Positions 45,730 through 55,829 are shown, counted from the stretch's first letter. The stretch is 64,000 bases of DNA from an uncultured Acidobacteriota bacterium (GCA_963779415.1 CAVZYA010000002.1:416001-480000), one strand, 5' to 3'. Made by a program: numbers and translations. Notes: generated by a model from the sequence alone, not told the origin.

Positions 45730-46173
45730 TCAGGCGCCTTCCTTCGGATAGGGGGTGGCGTTCTTCGCGTTCTTCGGCGTCTTCGCGGGGCGAGCGGCCT
45801 TCACACCCGACTTCGAGCCGCCGCGGCTCCCTTTCGAGCTGACCTTCTCGGCGAGGGTCGTCGGGCCGGAGAGGGCGAGGTAGGGCTTGAGGGTCTGGAA
45901 CATCTTCTCGCCCACGCCCTTGACCTCCATCAGGTCCTCGGCGCGACGGAAGGCGCCGTTCTTCTGCCGGTGGTCGACGATCCGCTGGCCGAGCTTCTCG
46001 CCGACGCGCGGCAGGCGCGCCAGCTCGGCGGCAGTGGCGGTGTTGATGTTCACGACCTTCTTCGCGGTCTCGGCCGGCGGGGCTTCCGCCGCGGCGGTCG
46101 CGGCGCCGAGGCCCGAGAGAGAAAGGCCGAGGACGGGGACGATGAGAGTGCGGGCGAGCGGACGGAGAGTCAT
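45730..46173 (-). CDS. comEA: ComEA-like helix-hairpin-helix DNA-binding protein
   Basis: Signal peptide; VNINTATAAELARLPRVG..IVDHR..GAF..EDLMEVKGVG. Confidence 0.88.
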   Translation of the reverse strand: MTLRPLARTLIVPVLGLSLSGLGAATAAAEAPPAETAKKVVNINTATAAELARLPRVGEKLGQRIVDHRQKNGAFRRAEDLMEVKGVGEKMFQTLKPYLALSGPTTLAEKVSSKGSRGGSKSGVKAARPAKTPKNAKNATPYPKEGA

Positions 46174-46594
46174 GAGGAACTCCTTTCTTCGTTTTTCTGT
46201 CTGTTTGTTGATCGAACGGGTGACGGCGAACCGGGAAACGGGGAATGGATCGTTCCTTCCGTGTCTGCCTCCCGGCGCGTCCGGGTGCGCGTGACATCTC
46301 AGCTCATCAGCAGCCCTCCTTCGTTCTTCGCTCCTGTCATGCCGGGGGGAGCGCACGAGGACGTGCCGGAGCAGGCCGGAACCTTCGAAATCTCTTCGAA
46401 TGAAAGAGATAGACGCGGGTCGGGAGGGGGCCTCGCGCGCGCGAGTGACAGATCTTTCTGTCACCTTCTCGAAGAACGCGCGGCGAAGCCGCGCGCAGAA
46501 GTCGGTTCCTTCCCTCGACGATTCCGGTCGGGACCGTCAGGAAAAGCTGTCGCCCCAAAAGGGGCCGCGCCCGTGGGGTGCGAAACTAGGCGCC

Positions 46595-47209
46595 GTGAGC
46601 GAACGCCTTCCGCTGATTCTCGGTGTCTCGGGCGCGAGCGGCGCCCGACTCGCCCTCCGCGCCCTCGGCCTCTTCTCCGCCTCGCCCGACGTGCCGTCGC
46701 TTCACTGCGTCGTCACGGCGCGGGCGCTCCTCGTGGCCCGCGGCGAGGTGGACGGGAAGATCCGGACCGTCCGGGACTACGTCGCGGCGGCGGGCCTTTC
46801 GCGCGCGGACCGGTCGAAGGTCGTCCTCCACCCGGAGGAAGCCGTCGACGCGTCGATCTCCTCCGGCTCGTTCCGGACCCGGGGGATGGCCGTGATCCCC
46901 TGCTCGTCGGGGACGCTCGGCTCGATCGCGCACGGTATCTCGCGCGGCCTTCTGGAGCGCGCGGCGGACGTCTGCCTGAAGGAGAGGCGGCGCCTCGTCC
47001 TCGCCTTCCGTGAAACGCCGATCTCCCTCGTCCACGCCGAGAACATCGCGGCAGCGACGCGCGCCGGTGCCATCGTCGCGCCGCCGGTCCCCGCCTTTTA
47101 CGCGGCGCGGACAGCCGAGGAGATGCTCGACGCATTTCTCCTCAGGGTCGCCGACCTTCTCGGGATTTCGGTCGCCGTCCCGGACCTCCGGTGGAGCGGC
47201 TCGAAGTGA
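46595..47209 (+). CDS. ubiX: Flavin prenyltransferase UbiX
   Basis: GVSGASG, ISSGSF, PCS, RAADVCLKERR, RETP, PAFY. Confidence 0.93.
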   Translation: MSERLPLILGVSGASGARLALRALGLFSASPDVPSLHCVVTARALLVARGEVDGKIRTVRDYVAAAGLSRADRSKVVLHPEEAVDASISSGSFRTRGMAVIPCSSGTLGSIAHGISRGLLERAADVCLKERRRLVLAFRETPISLVHAENIAAATRAGAIVAPPVPAFYAARTAEEMLDAFLLRVADLLGISVAVPDLRWSGSK

Positions 47210-48123
47210 GCGCGGGTCCGGAGGCACGGGGGAGCGTTCTCTTGCCCGGCGCCGCGGCGCCGAGGCCGCACGCGATCGTCGCGACGCTCTCGATGATCAA
47301 GTTCGCGCACACGGTCTTCGCGCTGCCGTTCGCGCTTCTCTCGGCCGTCCTCGCGGCGGGCGGGATTCCGCCGCTTCCGAAGCTCTTCTGGATTCTCGTT
47401 GCGATGGTCGGGGCCCGGTCGGCGGCGATGTCGTTCAACCGGATCGCCGACCGGGACGTCGACGCGCAGAACCCCCGCACCGCCTCGCGCGAGCTGCCGT
47501 CGGGGGTCCTTTCGGTCCGGTTCACAGCGTTTTTCTGCGCGGCTTCGGCGGCTCTTTTCGTCTTCGCGGCCGCACAGCTCAACCGCCTCTGCCTCGTTCT
47601 CTCGCCCGTCGCCCTCGCGATCGTCCTCGGCTATTCCCTCACGAAACGCTTCACCTCCCTCTCGCACGTCGTCCTCGGCGTCTCGCTCGCGATCGCTCCG
47701 GTCGGCGCCTGGATCGCCGTCACCGGGACGCTTTCGCCCCTTCCGGTAGCCCTCGCCCTCGCCGTCGTCTTCTGGGTGGCGGGCTTTGACGTCATCTACA
47801 GCCTGCAGGACGAGGCGTTCGACAGGGAGCAGGGGCTGAAGTCGCTTCCGGCGCATCTCGGAAACCGCCGGGCGCTGCTCTATTCGGCTCTGTTCCACGC
47901 CGCGGCGCTCGTGTTCCTCCTCGCGGCGTTTCTTCTCTCCGGGGGAGGTCTCCTCTTCGGCCTCGGAGTCGTTCTCGCGGGCGTCTTCCTCGTCCGGCAG
48001 CACGCCATCGTGAAGCCGGGCGACCTCTCCCGCGTCGACGCGGCCTTCTTCACCGCGAACGGCTGGCTCTCCATCGTCTTCTTCGCCTGCGGCGCCGCGG
48101 ACGTCCTCTCTCGCGGGAGGTGA
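47206..48123 (+). CDS. UbiA-family prenyltransferase (MqnP-like)
   Basis: IKFAHTVFALPF, NRIADRDVDAQNPRT..RE, FDVIYSLQD. Confidence 0.9.
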   Translation: MSAGPEARGSVLLPGAAAPRPHAIVATLSMIKFAHTVFALPFALLSAVLAAGGIPPLPKLFWILVAMVGARSAAMSFNRIADRDVDAQNPRTASRELPSGVLSVRFTAFFCAASAALFVFAAAQLNRLCLVLSPVALAIVLGYSLTKRFTSLSHVVLGVSLAIAPVGAWIAVTGTLSPLPVALALAVVFWVAGFDVIYSLQDEAFDREQGLKSLPAHLGNRRALLYSALFHAAALVFLLAAFLLSGGGLLFGLGVVLAGVFLVRQHAIVKPGDLSRVDAAFFTANGWLSIVFFACGAADVLSRGR

Positions 48124-48201
48124 CCGTCGAGCAGACTACAGATATGAGACCTGACCCCGGTTTTCCGCGTTTTCAGCATCCCGGGTAGAAGGGAGACGAC
48201 G

Positions 48202-48556
48202 ATGGCCCGAATCGCGATCCTGTACTGCAAGAAGATCCAGGACACTTCCTGCGTCGCCTGCGCCAAGTGCTTCAAGGGGATGGCGGAGAAGGCGGGGGAG
48301 TTCGCCCGCCACGACACCATCGAGCTCGTGGCCATGACCCACTGCGGGGACTGCCCGGGGCTCACCGTGCCACGGGTGAAGCTTCTCAAGGAGATGGTGA
48401 AGGGCCTCGGGCGCGACTTCGACGTCGTCCATCTCGGGACGTGCGTGAAGGTCGCGATGGAGACCGCACAGTGCCCCATCGACTACGACTCTCTCGCGCC
48501 GCTGCTCGGGCAGAAGTTCGGCGTCGAGGTCGATTCTGGGAACGCACCCTTACTGA
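48202..48556 (+). CDS. CGGC-domain metal-binding protein (1-nt error near 48532; corrected end ..GTHPY*)
   Basis: C..C..KC, CGDCPG, VHLGTC, CP, GTH. Confidence 0.8.
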
Positions 48557-48607
48557 AGAAGACGAGACCATCCGGGAACGGGGGAAATCGAGAGGGCGAC
48601 GGGCTCG

Positions 48608-49840
48608 TCAGGTACCGGGAGCAGGCCGTTCGCGCGCCAGAAGCTCCGGGTGCGAAGCCCGAAGACGGGCCTCGGCCTCGGAGATGACATCGGCCTGAAC
48701 CAGGGCCGCCAGCGATTCCTCCATCGTCACCATTCCGAACCTCTTTCCGAGCGTCATCTCCTGGTGGAGCTGATGGAAGGAGCCGCGCCGGATGTGGGCG
48801 CGGAGCGAGTCGGTCGCCACGGCGATCTCCACGGCGAGGGCGCGGCCCGACCCGTTCTTCTTCGGGACGAGCTGCTGGCAGACGATGGCCGCGAGCGCCA
48901 GCGAGAGCTGCTGCCTCACCTGCACCTGCTGCTCGGGGGGGAAGATGTCGAGGATCCGGTTGATCGTCTGCGGAACGTCGTTCGTGTGGAGCGTCGTCAG
49001 GACGAGGTGGCCCGTCTCGGCCGCGGTCACCGCGGTGCGCGTCGTCTCGAGGTCCCGCATCTCGCCGACGAGGATCACGTCCGGGTCCTGACGGAGCGCC
49101 GAGACGAGCGCGGCGGCGAAGCTCGGGGCGTCGACCCCGACCTCCACCTGCTCGACGAGAGACTGCGCGTGGGCGTGCTCGTATTCGACGGGGTCCTCGA
49201 TCGTCACGATGTGCCGCTTCTCCGTCCGGTTCATCCGGTCGACGAGGGCCGCGAGAGTGGTCGTCTTTCCGGAGCCGGTCGGGCCCGTGACGAGGACGAG
49301 GCCCCGCGTCGACTTCGTCAGGTCGTAGAGCATCTCCGGAAGCCCCAGCTCGGAAAGGGGCGGGATCCGTTTCGGCAGGACGCGCAGCGCCGCCGCCGCC
49401 CCCCGGCGCGTGTTGTGCAGGTTCACGCGGAAGCGGCCGAGGCCGGCGACCCGGAGGGAGAGGTCGACGGCCCCCGTTTCGAGGTAGCGGCGGTGCCGTT
49501 CGGCCGAGAGCGAGGGCGAGAGGAGGTCGAAAGCCCCCCGAGCGGAGAGAGCCTCGTCTCCGCCCGCCTTCTCGAGCGAGCCGTCGATCCGGAGGACCGG
49601 CCCGGCTCCGGGGACGAGGAGGAGATCGGTCGCACGACGCCGCACGGTCTCGGAGAGAAGAGCCGAGAGGATGGGGGAGACCGTCCCCTCGAATCCGGGA
49701 GAGAGGACCGGAGAGCGCTCCGCAGCGGGCGCGGGCTCCTCGGAACGAACCAGCTCCAGCTCGGGCTCGGCCGGTTCGCGCGGTCCGGCCTGGCCTCTGT
49801 TCAACGCGCGGATCAACTGGTTCAGCTCGTTGGTATCCAC
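48608..49840 (-). CDS. pilT: PilT/PilU-family type IV pilus ATPase
   Basis: GPTGSGKTTT, TIEDPVE, LRQDPDVILVGEMRD, AETGHL..TLHT. Confidence 0.9.
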   Translation of the reverse strand: MDTNELNQLIRALNRGQAGPREPAEPELELVRSEEPAPAAERSPVLSPGFEGTVSPILSALLSETVRRRATDLLLVPGAGPVLRIDGSLEKAGGDEALSARGAFDLLSPSLSAERHRRYLETGAVDLSLRVAGLGRFRVNLHNTRRGAAAALRVLPKRIPPLSELGLPEMLYDLTKSTRGLVLVTGPTGSGKTTTLAALVDRMNRTEKRHIVTIEDPVEYEHAHAQSLVEQVEVGVDAPSFAAALVSALRQDPDVILVGEMRDLETTRTAVTAAETGHLVLTTLHTNDVPQTINRILDIFPPEQQVQVRQQLSLALAAIVCQQLVPKKNGSGRALAVEIAVATDSLRAHIRRGSFHQLHQEMTLGKRFGMVTMEESLAALVQADVISEAEARLRASHPELLARERPAPGT

Positions 49841-49944
49841 GGCGAAAACTATACGGGGATCGACGGCACCGCGTCCCGGAATCGTCGACGCGCGGAGGCG
49901 GGCCGTCGCGGATCGCCGCGGTTCCGCGCTAAGCTCTCGCTGCC

Positions 49945-50607
49945 GTGCCGGCCCCCACCCCGAAGGAATTTCCGCTCCGGTACATCGCCGTCGAAGGCCC
50001 GATCGGCGTCGGGAAGACGTCCCTCGTGGGCCTCCTCGCCAAGCGGTTCTCGGGGACGCAGATCCTCGAGGACGTCACGAACCCCTTCCTCTCCGACTTC
50101 TACGCGGGACGGAAAGGGGCGGCGTTCCAGGCCCAGATCTACTTCCTCCTCTCGCGCTACCAGCAGCAGCAGGAGATCGGCCAGATCGACCTCTTCCGGA
50201 ACCTCGTCATCTCGGACTACACCTTCCCGAAGGACAAGATCTTCGCCTACCTGACGCTGAACGACGCCGAGATCGCCCTCTACGACAAGCTCTACGCGTC
50301 GCTCACCGCGGCGGTGCCGCGCCCCGACCTCGTCATCCACCTGACGGCGTCCGTGGAGACGTGCCTCACCCGGATCAGGAAGAGGGCCCGAAGCTTCGAA
50401 AAGGGGATCTCTCCCGACTACCTGAAGAGCCTCGTCGAGGCCTACAACTACTTTTTCTACCACTACCGCGACAGCCCGCTCCTCGTCGTCGAGACGAACT
50501 CGATCGACTTCGTCGAGCGGAAAGCGGACCTCGAGGACCTGATCGCCCAGATCGTCCGCCCCTTCCGAGGGACGCAGATCTACGTCCCCCGCTCCTCGAA
50601 GAGCTAG
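49945..50607 (+). CDS. Deoxynucleoside kinase
   Basis: IAVEGPIGVGKTS, NPFL..FY, Q.YFL..R, PDL, RIRKR.R. Confidence 0.92.
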   Translation: MPAPTPKEFPLRYIAVEGPIGVGKTSLVGLLAKRFSGTQILEDVTNPFLSDFYAGRKGAAFQAQIYFLLSRYQQQQEIGQIDLFRNLVISDYTFPKDKIFAYLTLNDAEIALYDKLYASLTAAVPRPDLVIHLTASVETCLTRIRKRARSFEKGISPDYLKSLVEAYNYFFYHYRDSPLLVVETNSIDFVERKADLEDLIAQIVRPFRGTQIYVPRSSKS

Positions 50608-50609
50608 CG

Positions 50610-50957
50610 ATGGAGCTTCTCTCCGTCCCGGCCGGGCCCGTGCCGCGGGAGGCGGACGGGCTCCGCGCCGATCCGGTCAACGCGCTCCTCTCTCCCGCGG
50701 AGCGGCGCGCGGCCCCGGCGCTCTTCCGCGCCCTTCTCGCCGGGCAGCTTCTCTTCAGTCTCGGGGAGAAGGACGCCCGGAAGCTCGTCTCGATGGTGGC
50801 GAAGGCCCTTTCGGCCGAGCCGGCCTTCTCCGTCGAGGCCGTCGGGCTCGCCGACGCGGCCACCGGCCGGGCGCTGAAGAAGGTCGACCGGCAGGCTCTC
50901 CTCGCGGCGGCAGTCCGGCTCGGGGAGCACCGGCTCGTCGACGCCGTCCGCCTCTGA
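50610..50957 (+). CDS. Stand-alone PanC C-terminal-like domain protein
   Basis: READGL..N.LLS..ER..A..L.RAL ... AAVRLG..RLVD resembles the pantothenate synthetase C-domain; no HIGH domain. Confidence 0.65.
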   Translation: MELLSVPAGPVPREADGLRADPVNALLSPAERRAAPALFRALLAGQLLFSLGEKDARKLVSMVAKALSAEPAFSVEAVGLADAATGRALKKVDRQALLAAAVRLGEHRLVDAVRL

Positions 50958-51244
50958 CCTTCCATTTTTCTCTTGATTTTTCGCTCTTAAGTCCCGTCAA
51001 ATACGGGAAACACCGTCGGTTCCGTGGTCACATCCCCCGGAATGGCCGGTCCGAGGATTTCCGTCTCAAGGAGGTTTCCACCCATTCCGATCTTCCCGGG
51101 GCCCATCAGGGAAACGGCCCCACCGAAGCCTCCTGACGTCCCGGAGCCGGCAAACGTTTCCCGCGACAAATTCCCGGCAGCCGCCGCAATGTCGGTGTCT
51201 GCGAATTTCACCCCGGTCGTTAAAGGCGACCACGGAGTTTCCTG

Positions 51245-51535
51245 ATGTACACGGACAAGACCATCGCTTGCATCGATTGCGGCGCCCCCTTCATCTTTTC
51301 AGCCAACGAACAGGAGTTTTACGCGCAGAAGGGGTTCTCCAACGAGCCGAAGCGCTGCAAGGTGTGCCGCGACAAGCGGAAGACCGGCGGCTTCGGCGAC
51401 GGCGGCGCGCGCCAGCTCTACAACGTGACGTGCGACGCGTGCGGCAAGGCCACGCAGGTCCCGTTCAACCCGACGAACGGCAAGCCCGTCTACTGCCGCG
51501 ACTGCTACCGCGACCGCCGCACCGGCGGGCGCTGA
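51245..51535 (+). CDS. Zinc-ribbon / CxxC-x17-CxxC protein
   Basis: C.DCG..F.F...EQ.FY..KGF.NEPKRC..CR; C..CG...QVPF.P....PVYC.DC. Confidence 0.9.
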   Translation: MYTDKTIACIDCGAPFIFSANEQEFYAQKGFSNEPKRCKVCRDKRKTGGFGDGGARQLYNVTCDACGKATQVPFNPTNGKPVYCRDCYRDRRTGGR

Positions 51536-51546
51536 GCCTTTCCTTC

Positions 51547-51587
51547 AGAGCCCCGGAGCCCGCAAAGGCCCCGGGGCTTCTTGTTTC
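51547..51587 (+). terminator. Intrinsic terminator
   Basis: AGCCCCGG..CCGGGGCT stem followed by TCTTGTTT. Confidence 0.65.
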
Positions 51588-51642
51588 TCCCGGGGAGCGC
51601 CTCCGCGAGGGCGGTCGCTTTCCGTTTGGGCGATGAGGTTCC

Positions 51643-52821
51643 GTGGCCGATAAGCCCGCCTCCTTCGACACCCTCTGCATCCACGCGGGGCAGGAGCCCG
51701 AGCCGGCGACCGGCGCCGTCGCCGTCCCGATCTTCCAGACCTCGACCTACGTTCAGGAGGCGTTCGGCAGGCCGCGGGGCGGTTACGAGTACGCCCGGAC
51801 GAAGAACCCGACGCGCCTCGCCCTCGAGCAGCTCCTCGCGGCGCTCGAAGGAGGGGCCGCCGCGCACGCGTTCGCCTCGGGGATGGCCGCGATCACGACG
51901 ACGATGCTCGCCCTCGTGAAGGGGGGCGACCACGTCCTCGTCGGCGCGGACATCTACGGCGGGACCTACCGCTTCTTCTCGAAGATCCTCGCCCGGTTCG
52001 GCGTCCTCTTCGATTACGTCGACACCTCCGACGTCGCCGCGGTCCGCGCCGTTCTCCGCCCCTCGACGCGGATGATCTGGGCCGAGACGCCGACGAACCC
52101 GACGATGGGAATCGCCGACCTCGCGGCGCTCGCCGCGATCGCGCGGGAGGCCTCGGCGGCGCACGGCGCGAAGGTCCGCCTCGTGATCGACAACACCTTC
52201 GCGACCCCGTTCTTCCAGAGGCCGCTCCCCCTCGGCGCCGACGTCGTCGTCCACTCGACGACGAAGTACCTGAACGGCCATTCCGACTCCATCGGCGGAG
52301 CCGTCGTCTCGGCCGACCCGGAGGACGGAAAGAAGATCGGCTTCGTCCAGAACGCGGCCGGCGCGATCCTCTCCCCGTTCGATTCCTTTCTCGTCATGCG
52401 AGGCGTCAAGACTCTTCCGGTCCGGATGCGTGCGCACGACGCCGGCGGGCGGGCGGCGGCGGCGTTTCTCGCGGCGCACCCGAAGGTGAAGCGCGTCTTC
52501 TACCCGGGCCTTCCGAACCACCCGGGGCACGCTCTCGCCTCCCGGCAGATGACCGGCTTTTCCGGGATGATCTCGTTCGATCTCGGCTCGGAGGGGGCGG
52601 CCCGGCGGATGCTCGACAGGGTGAAGCTCTGCGCCCTCGGCGAGTCGCTCGGCGGCGTCGAGACCCTCATCTCGCACCCCGCCACGATGTCGCACGCCTC
52701 GGTGGAACCGGCCGAACGGGAGCGGCGGGGGATCGGGCCGGGGCTCGTCCGGCTCTCCGTCGGGATCGAGGACGTCGCCGACATCCTCGCGGACCTCGAC
52801 ACGGCCCTCGCCGCCGTCTAG
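51643..52821 (+). CDS. Cystathionine gamma-synthase/lyase (Cys/Met PLP enzyme)
   Basis: PIFQTSTY, YAR..NPT, ETPTNP, DNTFATP, HSTTKYLNGHSD, SLGGVETL, RLSVGIE. Confidence 0.94.
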   Translation: MADKPASFDTLCIHAGQEPEPATGAVAVPIFQTSTYVQEAFGRPRGGYEYARTKNPTRLALEQLLAALEGGAAAHAFASGMAAITTTMLALVKGGDHVLVGADIYGGTYRFFSKILARFGVLFDYVDTSDVAAVRAVLRPSTRMIWAETPTNPTMGIADLAALAAIAREASAAHGAKVRLVIDNTFATPFFQRPLPLGADVVVHSTTKYLNGHSDSIGGAVVSADPEDGKKIGFVQNAAGAILSPFDSFLVMRGVKTLPVRMRAHDAGGRAAAAFLAAHPKVKRVFYPGLPNHPGHALASRQMTGFSGMISFDLGSEGAARRMLDRVKLCALGESLGGVETLISHPATMSHASVEPAERERRGIGPGLVRLSVGIEDVADILADLDTALAAV

Positions 52822-53207
52822 CGCGGTTTCTTCGCCGGCTTCTTCTTCCGCGCCGGAGCGGGCCGCCGCGACGTCGAGGAGTCGAGGACCCACTTCGCGA
52901 AGAGGGGATCGGCGCACGCCGTCGCAAAGCCGAGGACCTCGGGAAGGTCGTAGACGTTGAGCCGCCGGATCGCTTCCCGCAGGGCGTCGAATCTCTCCGG
53001 CGCCGTCTTGACCAGGAGCATCCACTCGGTGTCGTCGTTCACCTTCCCTTTCCAGAAGAAGACCGACCGGATGCGGGGGACGATGTTGATGCAGGCGGCG
53101 AGATGCTTGCCGACGAGTTCGTGCGCGATCTCGAGGGCCTGCTGCTCGGTCCCGACGGTCGTGAAGACGACGAGAACGGAAGAGGGGTGGCCCTTGACGC
53201 TCTTCAT
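52818..53207 (-). CDS. cutA: Divalent cation tolerance protein CutA
   Basis: LV..HLAACINI, S...WKG, KT, YDLPE. Confidence 0.9.
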   Translation of the reverse strand: MKSVKGHPSSVLVVFTTVGTEQQALEIAHELVGKHLAACINIVPRIRSVFFWKGKVNDDTEWMLLVKTAPERFDALREAIRRLNVYDLPEVLGFATACADPLFAKWVLDSSTSRRPAPARKKKPAKKPR

Positions 53208-53313
53208 GGCCCAGACGTTAGGGACACGTGCGGAGGAGCGTCAAGGGAAGCGGATGCACCATTCCCCGGCCTCCGAGCCTCCGGTTGATCCCCGTGCTAC
53301 CCTTCAGGGGAGT

Positions 53314-53674
53314 GGGGGCGCACCGGTTTCGACGGGGCATCCTGCGATCGAGGAGCACGCCGAGCATGCCGTTTGACTCGTAAAAACGACGGCAAAATTT
53401 AGCTGCCAACAACAGCGAACTCGCTCTCGCGGCCTAATTAGAGCCGTGACGGAGGTCGGGGGGCTCGCCCGAGGCACCTCGGACTCTGGCGCGAAAGTCG
53501 GGCTGGGAAAGGTCCCGCCGCCTGAAGGACCGATCCGAGATGTTCAGGCTCGCCGCCCGCCCGGTCGCCCGGACCTGACGACGGCGCGGTTAAACAAATA
53601 AGTTCGGGCTGAGCGTGGAGAATCTCGACGTACGGTTACTTCGGACGGGGGTTCGACTCCCCCCGCCTCCACCA
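53314..53674 (+). ncRNA. ssrA: tmRNA; tag (A)ANNSELALAA* at 53405-53437
   Basis: 5' GGGGGCG pairs with 3' CGCCTCC-ACCA including G3.U70; TTCGACGGG near the 5' end; T arm GGGGGTTCGACTCCCCC; Ala-ending tag ORF. Confidence 0.97.
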
Positions 53675-53770
53675 CTCTTTCCTCCCTTGCGCGGCGTTAT
53701 CCCGGGGCCCCGGCATCGCCGCCGCCGGACGCCTCTATCTTTCGCCCTCCGGGAGGAACGGGCTCCTGTC

Positions 53771-53792
53771 ATACACGGTATCCGTGTATAAT
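53771..53792 (+). promoter_or_regulatory. higBA operator palindrome overlapping a -10 box
   Basis: ATACACGG-TAT-CCGTGTAT; TATAAT 53787-53792, 8 nt before the GTG start. Confidence 0.75.
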
Positions 53793-53800
53793 GTTCTCCC

Positions 53801-54091
53801 GTGATCCGGTCGTTCGGCGACACGGCCACGGAACAGGTCTTCTATGGGGAGGAAGGCCGGGTCGCTCGCCGGCTTCCGAAGGAGTTGTGGGCCTTGATTC
53901 GTCGAAAGCTTGACGCCCTTCAGGCGGCGAAAGCGCTGGCCGACCTGCGTGTGCCTCCCGGGAATCGCCTGGAGGCCCTGAAGGGCGATCTGAAGGGGCG
54001 GCACAGCATCCGCGTCAACGAGAAATATCGCATCACGTTCCGGTTCGAAGATGGCCATGCATGGGAGGTGCGCTGTGAGGACTACCACTGA
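53801..54091 (+). CDS. higB: HigB (RelE-family) toxin
   Basis: MIRSF, DLRVPPGNRLEALKGD..G.HSIRVN..YRI.F, C-terminal DYH. Confidence 0.93.
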   Translation: MIRSFGDTATEQVFYGEEGRVARRLPKELWALIRRKLDALQAAKALADLRVPPGNRLEALKGDLKGRHSIRVNEKYRITFRFEDGHAWEVRCEDYH

Positions 54092-54383
54092 CTCGCCCGT
54101 CGACGTCCGCCGGATGAAGCGGCCGCCCACACACCCCGGCGAGATGCTGCTGGAAGAGTTTCTCAAGCCGCTCGGAATGAGCCAGGCCAACGCCGCGCGC
54201 CGAATGGAGATTTCGACGAACCGGCTCAACGAGCTGATCCGGGGAAAGCGTGGCGTCACGGCCGACACCGCCCTTCGCCTCGCCGACCTTCTGGGTACGT
54301 CGCCCGAGTTCTGGCTCAATTTGCAGACGGGCTGGGACCTCTGGCACGCCTACCGCGCGGAGCGGTCCATCTCGGCAGCTTGA
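54075..54383 (+). CDS. higA: HigA antitoxin (HTH-Xre)
   Basis: PTHPGEML.EEFL.PL, GKRGVTADTALRL, FWLNLQ; GTG with SD GGAGGT. Confidence 0.93.
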   Translation: MRTTTDSPVDVRRMKRPPTHPGEMLLEEFLKPLGMSQANAARRMEISTNRLNELIRGKRGVTADTALRLADLLGTSPEFWLNLQTGWDLWHAYRAERSISAA

Positions 54384-54480
54384 TTCCGCGCCCTGGGCGC
54401 GCGGCCGCGAGGCGGCTCACGACGATGGCCGGCAGATCGCGATCCCGCGCCAGCCGGGCGTAGGTCTACGATCGCCGGCG

Positions 54481-55762
54481 ATGAGGGTGCTGCTCATCTC
54501 GTCCAACACCGAGCGGATCAACATGGTGACGATCCCGCTCGGGCTGGGGCTGGTTGCGGCCGCCACGCGGCGCGCCGGGCACACCGTGACGTTCCTCGAC
54601 CTCCTCTCCGAGGCCGACCCGGTCGCCGCGGTCCACCGCGCCGTGGGCGACTTCGCGCCCGACGTGATCGGAATCTCGGTGCGCAACATCGACGATCAGA
54701 CGAGAGAGGCCCCGCGCTTTCTCCTCTCCCAGGTCCGGCCGGTGGTCGAGGCTTGCCGAAGCTGCACGGACGCCCCGGTCGTCGTGGGGGGCGCGGGCTA
54801 CTCCATCTTCCCGGTCGCCGCCCTTCGCTACCTCGGCGCGGACCTCGGGGTGGCCGGTGACGGGGAAGCCGTCTTTCCCGCGCTCCTCGAGCGGCTCCAT
54901 GCGGGACGTGACCCTTCCGGGCTCCCCGGCGTTCACGTGGCGGGGCGGACGGGAGCCGCGGAGCCTTCCTTCTCGGAGGATCTGGGGACGCTCCCCCTGT
55001 GGGACGACGCGCTCCGCGCCGGGGCCGACCCGGCGCGCGAGGATCTCTGGATTCCGGTCCAGAGCCGGCGCGGCTGCCCGAACGACTGCTCCTACTGCTC
55101 GACGTCGCGCATCCAGGGGCGGCGCATCCGGACGCCGCCCGGCGCGGGAGGTCGCGCAGCACGTCGGCGCTCTCGCCGCCGCCGGCTATCGACGGATCTA
55201 CTTCGTCGACAACTCGTTCAACATCCCCGAACCGCACGCCCGGGAACTCTGTCAGGCGCTCGGCGGGATCGAGCCCCGCGTCGAGTGGCGCTGCATCCTC
55301 TATCCGCATCTCGTCCGGGAGGAGCTGGTCCGGGCCATGGCCGAGGCCGGATGCGTGGAGGTCTCGCTCGGCTTCGAGAGCGGCAGCCTCGCGGTCCTTC
55401 GCGAGATGAACAAGCGATTCACCCCGGCCGACGTCCGGGAGATCTCGGGCCTTCTCGCCGCCCACGGCATCCGGCGGATGGGCTTTCTCCTTCTCGGCGG
55501 GCCGGGCGAGACCCGGGAGACGGTCGAGGAGAGCCTCGCCTTCGCCACGTCGCTGAACCTCGAGTCGCTCCGGATCACGGTCGGGATCCGCATCTACCCG
55601 GGGACGCCGCTCGCCCGGCGGGCCCTCGAGGAAGGGGTCATCTCGGCGGACGACGATCTCCTCTTCCCCCGCTTCTACCTCGCGCCCGGCCTCGAGCCGT
55701 GGATTCACCAGCGCGTGGCGGCTCATGCCGCAACCGGCCGGGAGGCCGTTCAGAAACCATAA
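54481..55762 (+). CDS. B12-binding radical SAM protein (frameshift ~55140)
   Basis: PLGL, PDVIGISVRNID, RGCPNDCSYC (CxxxCxxC), VDNSFN, GFESGS, GGPGET, IYPGT. Confidence 0.88.
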
Positions 55763-55812
55763 CCGTAAGGAAGGCGGGCGCGTCATCAGCCCCGACGATG
55801 TCGCGTGACGAG

Positions 55813-55829
55813 TGCTATCAGTGATATCA
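55813..55829 (+). promoter_or_regulatory. FitA-type operator
   Basis: TGCTATCA-G-TGATATCA; TGCTATCA is the Neisseria FitAB half-site. Confidence 0.6.
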
